Made by a program: the position numbers and the translations under genes. The notes beneath the pieces are model-generated. The model searched no databases, was not told the DNA's origin, and saw nothing but the letters and a program-made list of their open reading frames with translations. A DNA stretch of 64,000 nucleotides from Candidatus Latescibacterota bacterium (GTDB taxonomy: Bacteria; Latescibacterota; UBA2968). Location of the stretch: contig OZ240241.1 of the NCBI GenBank assembly GCA_965198115.1, positions 5,504,001 through 5,568,000 of the forward strand, given 5' to 3'. Positions within the stretch are counted from its first letter, which is position 1. Every line of letters begins with the position of its first letter. Shown here piece after piece: positions 45,588-56,185 of this stretch.

Positions 45588-46598
45588 TTGAACGTGTTGG
45601 GAGCAACGTTGGAAGGTCGTCCCTACCTCTGGATTTCCATCCTCATCTTCGGCGCCGCTGCTTCCGTCGTGGCGCGGCTCGTGGAGGTCGGGGAGGCGAA
45701 CCTGATCGACGGACGGAACCCGATCTCATTCTGCAATCTCCTCTTTGTCGGGAACCTCGTCGCGGCGGCCACCCTCCTCATCGCCCATCGAAAGGATTGG
45801 CGCCCGTCCGAGCTCAAGAAGTTGACCGGCCGTCAGTGGCTGGTGCAGCTCGCCCTCTCCGCCGCCTCCGGCGCCATAGCGCCCGCTTTGCTCTTCACAG
45901 CGATCGAGCGGACGTCCGTCACGAACATTACCCTCATTGAAACGATCGAAATCCCCCTCGGGTTGTTCTTCGCCTGGCTCCTCCATCGCGAGAAGTCGAC
46001 CGCGAGCGCCGTCATCGGATCGATCTGTGCACTTGCTGGGGTCGGTGCCACGTTGTATCTCCAGATGGACGCGTCAGTCGAGAGCATGCAGGCCGCCCGT
46101 ATGGAAGACGGGCCGGGAGCGGGAGAGCTCTACGCCATCGCGGCTACGGTCATCACCGTCTTCGGCGCCGAGATCGGACGCAGGCAACTCCGAACGATCC
46201 CGATCGGAGTGTTCAGCGTCTTTCGCAACCTGGCCGCCGCGGCGTTTTTCCTCGTGTTCGGGCTTTACCTGTTCGGCCTGGAGCACTTCGCTGACGTTTT
46301 CTCACCGTTCCTGTGGATGTGGATGATTCTCTACGGAGGGATCATCGTTGCGTGCGGTCAGTTGACGTGGTTTCAGGGCATCAAACGGGTGCGCCCGGCC
46401 GACATTGCCACGGCGTCCGCCTTTTCACCCGTAGCCGGCGTGGCGTTTGCGTATCTGATCCTCGGCGAGGTGCCGATGACTGCGCAGTATGTCGGCGGGG
46501 CGTTGATTATGGTGGGGATCGGAATCGGGTTGGTGGGTGACGTGCGGACGTCGAGGAAGGAGGAAGGGGATAAAGCGAAGCCGTTTACGGGGGTCTGA
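45588..46598 (+). CDS. DMT/EamA family transporter
   Basis: About ten TM segments, two EamA repeats, LILGE..T..QYVGGALI. Confidence 0.87.
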   Translation: MNVLGATLEGRPYLWISILIFGAAASVVARLVEVGEANLIDGRNPISFCNLLFVGNLVAAATLLIAHRKDWRPSELKKLTGRQWLVQLALSAASGAIAPALLFTAIERTSVTNITLIETIEIPLGLFFAWLLHREKSTASAVIGSICALAGVGATLYLQMDASVESMQAARMEDGPGAGELYAIAATVITVFGAEIGRRQLRTIPIGVFSVFRNLAAAAFFLVFGLYLFGLEHFADVFSPFLWMWMILYGGIIVACGQLTWFQGIKRVRPADIATASAFSPVAGVAFAYLILGEVPMTAQYVGGALIMVGIGIGLVGDVRTSRKEEGDKAKPFTGV

Positions 46599-46609
46599 TG
46601 ATGTCCCTT

Positions 46610-46637
46610 TGGTCAGTGGTCAATGGTCATTGGTCAA
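46610..46637. repeat. Heptamer tandem repeat (tggtcaN x4)
   Basis: tggtcag tggtcaa tggtcat tggtcaa. Confidence 0.8.
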
Positions 46638-46778
46638 TGACGGCGTCGAGTGAGTGCCCGGGCCCCATTCGTTTTCGCGATTCAGCGCCGAGATCTCCTT
46701 GTTTGCAGCCAGTCTTCACCATCGTCGGCGCTTGTATCGCTTCTTGCGACGCAAAACCGGGGCGTTGCCCCGGCCTAA

Positions 46779-48039
46779 GTACTCCTGTTCTCAAATACGG
46801 TGACGTATTCTAAGCAGACTTTGCCAAGGGCGTATCGTAGAACCTGAGTTTGTCGATCATCTCCGCGAGATCTGTTCGTGTGAACTTCCATTTGAAGGGT
46901 GTGGCGATACGTCCGTAGCGTTCCTGAAAACCGAGGATTCTTGCCTCAAGCTCTTCGAGCGATGCAAATTCGATAGGTGTCAGAGCCTTGCGTTTGAGGA
47001 TCGAGAAGTAGATCTCGATCTGATTGAGCCAGCTTGCGTGGATCGGAAGGTGAACGGGGTGGATGTTTGGCCACTTCCCCTGGATACGGTCGATGCATGT
47101 TTGCCCTCGGTGCGAGGAGCCATTATCCACGATGAGGTAGACTTTCTTTGCCGAGCAATAGGGTTTCCGGCTCATGATCAGGCTCAGGAGCCGGTTGAAG
47201 GGCTCGATACCCGAAGAAGACTCACAGAGACCGAAGATTCGACCATTGTGCACGTCGAGAGCAGCCAGATAGGCCAGGGCTCCTTTCCGCTCGTATTCGT
47301 GTTCAACGCGTGCCGCTCTGTTCGAGGCTGGCGGTAGGGTAACGTGCTTGCGAGCTCGTGCTTGAATACTGGTCTTTTCGTCGGCAGAAAGTACATATTC
47401 CCTCGGCCCTAAAGGCTTTCCTTGCCATTGGCGGTGATACAGATCAAGGACTCTACCTGCTTTGGTTTGGAAGTCCGGGTCCCGTGGGAAAATCCAGGAG
47501 CGATGATACCAAGGACGAATCGCGTCCTCGTTCAACCAGCGCCAGACAGTGGCGCCGCTGATCTTGGCAACGAAGCCCCTTTGCACTGCCTCGGCGGCAA
47601 TCTCGGAACAGCTGAACCGCGAGAGCGGTATCCCGCTCTCGCTCGGTAGTTCACACGCCAGCGCCTTGATCTGAACGACCACCTGAGGGGGGAAAACCGG
47701 GCGGGCGCCCGGGACGAGATCTATCTTCGAGTCCCGAAAGACGCTCTTCGAAAAAGCGCTTACGCCATTTGCTTACGATCGGACGCGGGACATCCAACCG
47801 TTGGGCGATACTCTTGTTGGATAATCCCTCGGCGGCGAGAAGCACGATTTTCGATCGGATCACTTGATAATACGGTAACGTATATTGTCCAGCCATTCGC
47901 TCGAGGTCGACCCGTTCCTTCTCAGACAGTAGCACCACATAAGGCGAACGTCTTGGCATTGTTCTCCTCCTTTTGAAGGAGAACATAAGCTACAAATAAT
48001 GTTCAAGACATACGTAATAATGTTTATGAAACCATGCAC
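46779..48039 (-). mobile_element. IS630-family element, copy 2 (apparently intact)
   Basis: 1261 bp; TAA at 46776-46778 and 48040-48042; by eye differs from copy 1 by one indel and one substitution. Confidence 0.94.
46810..47959 (-). CDS. IS630 transposase, orfA/orfB joined by a recoding site at 47687-47712
   Basis: orfA 47651-47959 (HTH), orfB 46810-47682 (DDE); TTTTCCCCCC at the junction in both copies. Confidence 0.88.
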
Positions 48040-48212
48040 TAAGATACGCAGCCTTCAGGGCTGTAGAACCCTGTGAATCGCGACCCTCTCGCCCTCGAGA
48101 CAGGCTCCGGTCGCTCCTACCCTATTTACCTGGGACTTCCTGAACAACTGAACCCCGAACACTTCCCCATAGCCTAACTGTAATTATTCCAAATATTTAC
48201 TCTTCCAAAAGT

Positions 48213-48241
48213 TTGACACATCGCTGCCTGTCCAGTAAATT
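48213..48241 (+). promoter_or_regulatory. Sigma70-type promoter of the pyruvate dehydrogenase operon
   Basis: ttgaca (48213) - 17 bp - taaatt (48236), with an AT-rich upstream tract. Confidence 0.7.
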
Positions 48242-48355
48242 AGGGCGTCTTTGAGCGGGAATGCCGTCTGTACGCGTGCAGTTGCCCGCTCGTTTGCTTT
48301 GCCCGTCCGCCCAAGCAAGTGAAACTGCGGAGGAGGACGTTTACTCAGGGAGCCT

Positions 48356-51061
48356 ATGTCCGACGCCCTCACCCGCGACGCCAACGTCGACGACGATCCG
48401 GAAGAGACCCACGAGTGGCTCGAGTCGCTCGAGTTCGCCATGGCCAAAGGCGGGCCCGACCGGGTTCGCTACCTCCTCGAGCGGCTTGAGCAGCACGCGC
48501 GATTCCATAAAGTCGACGTGCCGTTCGATGCGAACACGCCCTACGTCAACACGATTCCCGTCGACCAGCAGCCGTCGTATCCGGGTGATCGCGAGATCGA
48601 GCGGCGTATCAAGAGCATCGTCCGCTGGAACGCCATGGCCATCGTCGTGCGCGCCAATCGGATGGAGCCGACCCTTCACGGCCACGTCTCCACCTTCGGC
48701 TCGTCGGCCACGCTCTTCGAAGTGGCCCAGAACCACTTCCTCCGAGGCAAGGACGGTGGACAGGCCGGTGACCAGGTCTACTTCCAGGGCCACGCGGCCC
48801 CCGGCATGTACGCGCGCGCTTTCGTAGAGGGCCGCCTCGACGCGGAACATCTCGGAAACTACCGTCGCGAGCTGAAGCGGCCCGGCGGCCTCTCGTCGTA
48901 TCCCCACCCGTGGCTCATGCCCGACTTCTGGGAATACCCCACCGTCTCCATGGGCCTCGCGCCCATCATGGGCATCTACCAGGCACGGTTCAACCGCTAC
49001 CTCGAAGACCGCGGCCACCGCGAAACGTCCGGCTCCCACGTTTGGGTCTTCATGGGCGACGGCGAAACGGACGAGCCCGAATCGCTCGGCGCCATCACTC
49101 TCGCGGCCCGCGAAAGGCTCGACAACCTCATCTTCGTCATCAACTGCAACCTTCAGCGACTCGACGGGCCAGTTCGAGGGAACGGCAAGATCATTCAGGA
49201 GCTGGAGCGCGCCTTCCGGGGCGCCGGTTGGAACGTCATCAAGGTCATCTGGGGCAGTGACTGGGATCCTCTCCTCGCGAAGGACACCGACGACCTCCTC
49301 GTCGAGCGCATGAACCAGGCCGTCGACGGGCACTTCCAGAAATACTCGGTCGAATCCGGCGACTACATCCGCAATCACTTCTTCGGCGAAAATCTCCAGC
49401 ACCTCGTCAGCAACATGACCGACGAGCAGCTCCAGAAAATGCGTCGCGGAGGGCACGACCCCGAAAAGGTCTACGCCGCCTACAAGGCCGCCGTCGAGCA
49501 CATCGGCCAGCCCACGGTCATCCTCGCCAAAACCATCAAAGGCTACGGTCTCGGCGAGGCGGGCGAAGGCCGGAACACGACCCATCAGCAGCACGAGCTG
49601 AACGAAGCCGAGCTCCGCGAGTTCCGCACGCGCTTCGACATCCCCATCACCGACGAAGCCATCGAGGACGTACCGTTCTACCGTCCCCCCGAGGACAGCC
49701 CGGAAATGATCTACCTCCGCGGGCGACGGAGCGATCTTGGCGGGTTCGTCCCGAGCCGTCAGGTCCTGGCGGAGCCGCTCGATGCGCCGTCTCTCCGGGA
49801 GTTCTCAGAGTTCTTCGAGGACACGGGCGACCGCGAAATGTCGACGACCATGGTGTTCGCGCGCCTCTTCGGACGACTCGTCCGTGACAAGGAGATCGGC
49901 AAACTCCTCGTCCCGATCCTCCCCGACGAGGCGCGGACGTTCGGCATGGAGCCGTTCTTCCGTCAAATCGGGATCTACTCCCACGTCGGTCAGCTCTACG
50001 AGCCCGTCGACGCCGGCAACATCGCCTACTACCGCGAGATCAAGGAAGGCCAGCTTCTCGAGGAAGGCATCAACGAAGCCGGTGCCATGTCCTCGTTCAT
50101 CGCTGCGGGAACCGCCTACTCCGCCCACGGCGTCAACACGATCCCCTTCTTCATCTATTATTCCATGTTCGGGTTCCAGCGCATCGGCGACCTCATCTGG
50201 GCGGCCGCCGACTGTCGCTGCAAGGGCTTCCTCCTCGGCGGCACGGCCGGACGGACGACGCTCAACGGTGAAGGACTCCAGCACCAGGACGGCCACAGCC
50301 ACGTTCTCGCCTCCACCGTTCCGACCTTGCGGGCCTACGATCCTGCGTTCGCCTACGAAATCGCGGTGATCATCGAAGACGGCATCAAGCGAATGTATCA
50401 GGACCAGGAAGACGGCTTCTACTACCTCACGCTCGGGAACGAGCCGTATCCCATGCCGGCCATGCCAGAGGGCGTCGAGGAAGGGATTCTGCGCGGGATC
50501 TACAAGTTCAAGGAAGGCGGCAAGGGCGCCCTCAAGGTCCAGCTCTTCGGCAGCGGCGGGATCCTCAAGGACGTCATCCGCGCCCAACAGCTGCTCGCCG
50601 ACCGGTTCAACGTCTCTGCCGACGTCTGGAGCGTCACCAGCTACAAAGAACTCCGTCAAGACGCCCTCGCCGCTGAGCGCTGGAACATGCTCCACCCGAC
50701 GGAGCCGCAGAAAGAGCCCTATATCACGGAGACCCTCGAGAACGCCGAAGGCCCGATCGTCGCCGCGTCGGATTACATGAAAGTGTTGCCCGACATGATT
50801 CGTCCCTGGGTGCCCGAAGACCTACTCGCCCTCGGCACCGACGGATTCGGCCGAAGTGAAACCCGGGAGGCCCTCCGCCGTCACTTCGAAGTCGACGCCG
50901 AATCGATCGCCATCGGCGCTCTCCACGCCCTGGCCAAGCAGGGCAGAGTCTCACGCGAGGACGTTCAAAAGGCCATCGACGAATTGGGCATCGATCCGGA
51001 CAAAGCCGATCCGGCATCCGCGGGTCCGGTGTTGCAAAAGGATTTCACTGCCGCGAAGTAG
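48356..51061 (+). CDS. aceE: Pyruvate dehydrogenase E1, homodimeric type
   Basis: DDDPEETHEW, YFQGH, GLSSYPHP, PTVSMGL, GDGETDEPES, YSMFGFQR. Confidence 0.97.
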   Translation: MSDALTRDANVDDDPEETHEWLESLEFAMAKGGPDRVRYLLERLEQHARFHKVDVPFDANTPYVNTIPVDQQPSYPGDREIERRIKSIVRWNAMAIVVRANRMEPTLHGHVSTFGSSATLFEVAQNHFLRGKDGGQAGDQVYFQGHAAPGMYARAFVEGRLDAEHLGNYRRELKRPGGLSSYPHPWLMPDFWEYPTVSMGLAPIMGIYQARFNRYLEDRGHRETSGSHVWVFMGDGETDEPESLGAITLAARERLDNLIFVINCNLQRLDGPVRGNGKIIQELERAFRGAGWNVIKVIWGSDWDPLLAKDTDDLLVERMNQAVDGHFQKYSVESGDYIRNHFFGENLQHLVSNMTDEQLQKMRRGGHDPEKVYAAYKAAVEHIGQPTVILAKTIKGYGLGEAGEGRNTTHQQHELNEAELREFRTRFDIPITDEAIEDVPFYRPPEDSPEMIYLRGRRSDLGGFVPSRQVLAEPLDAPSLREFSEFFEDTGDREMSTTMVFARLFGRLVRDKEIGKLLVPILPDEARTFGMEPFFRQIGIYSHVGQLYEPVDAGNIAYYREIKEGQLLEEGINEAGAMSSFIAAGTAYSAHGVNTIPFFIYYSMFGFQRIGDLIWAAADCRCKGFLLGGTAGRTTLNGEGLQHQDGHSHVLASTVPTLRAYDPAFAYEIAVIIEDGIKRMYQDQEDGFYYLTLGNEPYPMPAMPEGVEEGILRGIYKFKEGGKGALKVQLFGSGGILKDVIRAQQLLADRFNVSADVWSVTSYKELRQDALAAERWNMLHPTEPQKEPYITETLENAEGPIVAASDYMKVLPDMIRPWVPEDLLALGTDGFGRSETREALRRHFEVDAESIAIGALHALAKQGRVSREDVQKAIDELGIDPDKADPASAGPVLQKDFTAAK

Positions 51062-51213
51062 TGACGGAAACCAAAGACCTTTGGTCACGGGTCAACGGTC
51101 AATGCGCGGGCTCGTGGGGCTCCTTCAGGGCTGACGTCTTGAGGGTGTTCCTGAACACTGAACCACCGAACACTGAACACTCGAAGGCGGCCAAAGGCCG
51201 CCGGAGGACCAAA

Positions 51214-52566
51214 GTGGCTCAGCCATTTGCTCTACCTGATCTAGGTGAAGGTGTCGAATCCGGTGACGTCGTCAGCGTGCTCGTCTCGGTCGGCGATACG
51301 ATCGATGCCGAGCAGGGCGTCATCGAGATCGAAACCGACAAGGCGCTGATCGAAGTGCCGTCGAGCCTCGCCGGGACTGTCGCGTCCGTCGAAGTCAGCG
51401 AGGGCGACACCGTGAAACCAGGCGACGTCCTCGTCACTGTCGAGACCGGCAATGGGGCCCCCACCGCTGCCGCCGAATCCGCCGCAGAGCCGAAGCCTGC
51501 AGAACCAGCCACTGGGGTCGCTGAGAGCACTGAGGGTCCTGAGGTCGTGCAAGCCCCCGAGGCTGAGCCTGAGACTACACCCGTAGCCAGCGAACCGCCG
51601 ACCCTCGACCCGCCCACACCTGCGCCAACTCCACCTGCCCCCGCCGCACCACCACCGTCTGATGGCCCGATCCCCGCGGCTCCAGCAACACGCCGTCTGG
51701 CGCGTGAGCTCGGCGTGGACCTGGCCAACGTGGACCCGACGGGGTCGGGCGGACGCATCACGAAGGAAGACGTGCAGGCCCACGTGAAGGGGACGATGAC
51801 TGGCGGTGGAGGCCCTCGTATCGCCGCCGGCCCCGCGGAGCCGCTTCCCGATTTCTCCAGGTGGGGCGAGATAGAGCGCGAGCCGCTCCCGAAGATTCGC
51901 CAGGTCATCGCGGCGAACCTGTCGCAGGCCTGGGCACAGATCCCGCACGTCACGCAGTTCGGTTCCGCCGAAGTGACGGAACTCGAGGCCTTGCGTCAGC
52001 GCAACAAGACGGCGGCCGAAGCGAACGGCGTCAAGCTGACCCCGACTGTCCTCGTCCTCAAGGCGGTTGTCTCCGCCCTCAAGGCCTTCCCGCAGTTCAA
52101 CGCGAGTCTGGACGTGGCGGCTCAGGAGCTCATCTACAAGCGATACTACCATCTCGGAATCGCCGTCGACACCGATCGCGGCCTGATGGTGCCAAACATC
52201 CGGGATGCGGAACGGAAGGACATCTACGAACTCGCCGCCGAGCTCGCCGACCTCGGGGAGCGTGCTAGGACGAACAAGATCTCCCCGGACGAGCTGCAGG
52301 GCGGCACCTTCTCAATCACGAACCTCGGCAGCCTGAACGGCGGCCCCTTCACACCGATCGTCAACCCGCCTCAGGTCGCCATCCTCGGCGTCGGACGCGG
52401 GAAGGAAGAAGCGGTCATCCGTGAAGGACGGATCGAGCCGCGCCTGATGATGCCGGTCTGTGTCTCCTACGACCATCGCGTCGTCGACGGCGCGGACGGC
52501 GTCCGGTTCCTGAACGCCATCATCGCCAGCCTCGAAGCCCCCGAACAGATGCTTCTGGGCGGCTAA
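51214..52566 (+). CDS. aceF: Dihydrolipoamide acetyltransferase E2 (one lipoyl domain)
   Basis: LPDLGEG, IETDKA, PATRRLARE, SYDHRVVDGA; RBS ggagg before GTG 51214. Confidence 0.94.
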   Translation: MAQPFALPDLGEGVESGDVVSVLVSVGDTIDAEQGVIEIETDKALIEVPSSLAGTVASVEVSEGDTVKPGDVLVTVETGNGAPTAAAESAAEPKPAEPATGVAESTEGPEVVQAPEAEPETTPVASEPPTLDPPTPAPTPPAPAAPPPSDGPIPAAPATRRLARELGVDLANVDPTGSGGRITKEDVQAHVKGTMTGGGGPRIAAGPAEPLPDFSRWGEIEREPLPKIRQVIAANLSQAWAQIPHVTQFGSAEVTELEALRQRNKTAAEANGVKLTPTVLVLKAVVSALKAFPQFNASLDVAAQELIYKRYYHLGIAVDTDRGLMVPNIRDAERKDIYELAAELADLGERARTNKISPDELQGGTFSITNLGSLNGGPFTPIVNPPQVAILGVGRGKEEAVIREGRIEPRLMMPVCVSYDHRVVDGADGVRFLNAIIASLEAPEQMLLGG

Positions 52567-52569
52567 CCC

Positions 52570-53985
52570 ATGCCCACCCACAAAACCGACATCCTCGTCG
52601 TGGGCGGTGGGCCCGGTGGCTATGCAGCCGCCTTCCGAGCCGCCGACCTCGGGTTCGACGTCACGATCGTCGACAACGACCAACGCCTCGGCGGCACGTG
52701 CCTCCTCCGTGGTTGCATCCCGTCGAAGGCCCTGCTCCACGTGGCCGCCGTCCTCGCGGAAACGCGGGAGGCGAAAGCGTTCGGTCTGACCTTCGGCAAA
52801 CCGAAGATCAACCTGGACGGCGTCCGGGGCTTCGCGAACGGCGTCATCGACAGACTCACCTCCGGATTGAGCGGCCTCGCCCGCCAGCGTAAGGTCACGC
52901 ATATCAAGGGCCGTGCCGAGTTCGGAAGCTCTCAACGCGTCAAAGTCCAGGGCAGCACCGAGTACGACGGCGTCGAATTCAGCTACGCCATCGTCGCCAC
53001 CGGATCGCGTCCGTCCCACCTGCCGATGTTCGACCTCGGATCGCACCGGATCATGGACAGCACGTCCGCCCTCGAGCTCGAAGAGATTCCCGACAACCTG
53101 CTCGTCGTGGGCGGCGGCTACATCGGTTTGGAACTCGGCACCGTCTACGCTGAACTCGGCAGCACCGTTTCCGTCGTCGAGATGACAGACGGCCTGCTGC
53201 CCGGCGCCGACCGCGACCTCGTGGCGCCCCTGCAAAAACGCCTTGGCTCTCTCTTCGACAGCATCATGCTCAAAACCGCCGTCCGGAAGGTCGTCCTGAA
53301 AGACGACAAGGTTCTCGTCACCCTCGATGCGGGGGGAACCGACGGCGTCAGCGAACAGCTCTACGATCGCCTCCTCGTCTCCATCGGCCGCACTCCGAAC
53401 AGCGACACCATCGGTCTCCGAAACACCGACGTGGAACGGGACGAGCGGGGCTTCATCATCACCGACGCGCAGCAACGCACGACGGACGACCGCATCCTCG
53501 CCATCGGTGACGTCGCCGGGGGTGGACTTGCCCACCGGGCGGCCCACGAAGGCAAGATCGCGGCCGAAGTCCTCGCCGGTCACTCCGCCGCGTTCGACAA
53601 GGTCGTCCCCGCCGTCGTCTTCACGGATCCCGAAATCGCCTGGGTCGGCCTGACGGAGACGGAAGCCACCGCCGCCAAGCGCTCCGTCGAGGTGGCCAAA
53701 TTCCCGTGGGCCGCCTCGGGTCGCGCCGCCACCCTCGGCCGGAACGACGGTCTGACCAAGCTGATCCTCGAACCCGGGACCGAACGCATCCTGGGCGTCG
53801 GCATCGTCGGATCGGGCGCCGGCGACCTCATCGCCGAAGGCACCCTCGCCATCGAAATGGCCGCCGTCGCCACCGACATCGCCGAAACGATTCATCCTCA
53901 CCCGACGTTATCGGAATCGGTCGGCATCGCCGCCGAAATCTTCACGGGCACGGGCACGGATCTCTACGTTCCCAAGAAGCGATAG
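52570..53985 (+). CDS. lpdA: Dihydrolipoyl dehydrogenase
   Basis: GGGPGGY, GGTCLLRGCIPSK, GGGYIGLE, HPHPTLSE. Confidence 0.96.
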   Translation: MPTHKTDILVVGGGPGGYAAAFRAADLGFDVTIVDNDQRLGGTCLLRGCIPSKALLHVAAVLAETREAKAFGLTFGKPKINLDGVRGFANGVIDRLTSGLSGLARQRKVTHIKGRAEFGSSQRVKVQGSTEYDGVEFSYAIVATGSRPSHLPMFDLGSHRIMDSTSALELEEIPDNLLVVGGGYIGLELGTVYAELGSTVSVVEMTDGLLPGADRDLVAPLQKRLGSLFDSIMLKTAVRKVVLKDDKVLVTLDAGGTDGVSEQLYDRLLVSIGRTPNSDTIGLRNTDVERDERGFIITDAQQRTTDDRILAIGDVAGGGLAHRAAHEGKIAAEVLAGHSAAFDKVVPAVVFTDPEIAWVGLTETEATAAKRSVEVAKFPWAASGRAATLGRNDGLTKLILEPGTERILGVGIVGSGAGDLIAEGTLAIEMAAVATDIAETIHPHPTLSESVGIAAEIFTGTGTDLYVPKKR

Positions 53986-54222
53986 GTCGTACGGGCGCAG
54001 CCGTCTCTCTGACTTCTGTCTTCTGCGCTGTCGTGGGGCGCGAACATTGGGCGAACCGCCGTTCGCCCCGGAGTTTATCCCGAGGCAAAGCCGAGGGGCC
54101 CACGGTCATTGCCACGCCTGTTCTCCCGCTCACCCCGTCTCCCGCTCGCCCAATGGGGTATTGTCCAGTGTAGAGACCGGTCCTAACGTTTGGGGAGTCG
54201 TGAATCGCAGGAGGGTTCCCAC

Positions 54223-56183
54223 GTGCGTGCCCTTATCGGAAAGAACATCTGCCGAGACCTCGACCAGGCGATGGTGCGGGAGTGGCTCGACACCAACGGC
54301 GGCGGCGGATACGCTTCCACGACCGTGGCTGGCACCAATACACGACGCTATCACGGTCTGCTAGTGGCCGCCCTCGATCCACCTGCCGAGCGCGTGGTCT
54401 ACCTCTCGTCGATCCAGGAAACAGCTTTCGTCGAGAACCAATCGCTCGAGCTCGGGTGCAACATCTATCAGGACGTGGTTCACCCCCGCGGCTATCGCTA
54501 CCTCGAGCACATCCAGCTCGAACCGTATCCCATCCTGACCTACCGGATCGAGGGCGTCTCTCTTGAGAAACACATCGTCATGCTCTCCGGCCGAAACGCC
54601 ACAGCCGTCTCCTACCGCGCGACCGAACCCATCGATCTGACACTCCGCCCTCTGCTCCCCCTGAGAGACTTCCATCACCTGACGCGCTACAACGGAGTGA
54701 TCGATGGCACGCCTGCGATCGAGGGCCATCGAACCTCGTTCACCCCTTACGACAGCCTGCCCGGCATCCATTTCGACCTGTCGGACGGCACGTTTCGACC
54801 CGATGCGTTCTGGTACTACAATTTCTCCTACCCGGTCGAGGCTTACAGGGGACTCGACAGCATCGAAGACCTCTACGCGCCGGGAGAGTGGCGCTGTCAC
54901 GTCACGCGCGATTCCCCCCTGACCTTCGTTGCGAGCGTCGGCGAGGCCGTATCTCCAGGCGAAGCTTTCGACCTGGCCGATCTGGAGCAGCGCGGTCGAC
55001 ACGAACGTTCGGAAAGCGTCACCACCGAGATCGATGACGGTTTCGAACGCGCCCTGAACGGAGCCGCAGACGCATTCGTCGTTCGCCGAGAGAGTGGGCT
55101 GTCGACGATCCTGGCCGGTTACCCCTGGTTCGGCGATTGGGGGCGTGACACGATGATCGCCCTGCCCGGTCTGACGCTCGTCACGGGACGACACGAAGAG
55201 GCGAAAGAGATCCTCACGACCTTCGCGCGTGCCTGCGATGGGGGCATGATCCCCAATCGCTTCCCCGATCACGGCGAGAGACCGGACTACAACAGCGTCG
55301 ACGCATCCCTCTAGTTCGTGCACGCCGTCGATCGATACCTGGCCTACACCGGCGACACCGAAGGGATCCGATCCGACATCTGGGACGTCGTGAAGTCTAT
55401 CGTGGGAGCCTATCACGAGGAGACGCGCTACAACATCCACGTGGATGACGACGGTCTGCTTTTCGCAGGGGAAGAAGGCGTGCAGCTGACCTGGATGGAT
55501 GCAAAAGTAGGCGATTGGGTCGTCACACCACGAAGCGGAAAGCCCGTCGAAATCAACGCGCTGTGGTACAACGCGGTCTCCGTCGCCCAGACGCTGGCCA
55601 AAGCGTACGACGACGCACCGTTCGCGAAGATGTGCGGTCAACTAAGAAAGAAATCGAGACGACCTTCTGGAATGACGAAACACAATGTTTATACGACTTC
55701 GTCGACGGCAATCGCAAGGACGGGGCGATCCGACCGAATCAGATCTTCGCGCTCAGCCTGCCGAACCGGATGTTAACACGCGATCGTGAACGGTCGATCC
55801 TGCAGGTCGTTCACGACCACCTCGTCACCCCCTACGGTCTGCGAAGTCTGTCCCGCGACCACCCGGACTACGCGGGCCATTACGGCGGGGACCCCCACGA
55901 GCGTGACGGCGCCTACCATCAGGGGGCAGTCTGGGGCTGGCTCATCGGTCCGTTCGTCACCGCCTGGGTGCGGCTCAACGGCGGCCCTGCCAAAGCTCGC
56001 AAGCGTGCCGGAGCCTTCCTCGGCGCGTTCGAGCACCACCTCCACGAAGCGGGTCTGGGCAACATCTCCGAAATCTTCGACGGGGATCCTCCGCACACGC
56101 CACGCGGATGCTATGCCCAGGCGTGGAGTGTGGCCGAAGTCCTACGAGCCTACGTGGAGGACATCCTCGGACGACGTCCCTGA
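54223..56183 (+). pseudogene. Amylo-alpha-1,6-glucosidase (glycogen debranching enzyme) with TAG at 55312-55314 and frameshift at ~55650
   Basis: EWLDTNGGGGYAS, TRRYHGLL, AGYPWFGDWGRDT, NSVDASL*F (W expected), LTWMDA, IRPNQ, YHQG, AQAWSVAE. Confidence 0.88.
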
Positions 56184-56185
56184 GG

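Noticed and set aside
22913-48039. Composite transposon formed by the two same-orientation IS630 copies
   Set aside because: The flanks of copy 2 rejoin into a continuous REP-like and composite repeat, indicating an independent insertion. The shared TAA is only the target preference.
46610-51181. CRISPR array suggested by short repeats
   Set aside because: Units are 7 bp with no spacers, and no cas genes are present.
51061-51213. N-terminal extension of AceF in the ORF track
   Set aside because: It translates the intergenic repeat; the RBS and lipoyl domain start support GTG 51214.
52312-53901. Long antisense ORFs (529 aa here; also 48341-49594, 54361-55641, 56108-57385)
   Set aside because: Shadows of high-GC3 genes on the opposite strand; no motifs or RBS.
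43794-55314. Amber (TAG) reassignment or pyrrolysine suggested by two in-frame TAGs
   Set aside because: TAG clearly ends many intact genes here (4936, 6658, 8825, rpmG, aceE, lpdA). The 55312 site expects Trp, one substitution away, and the same gene also has a frameshift.
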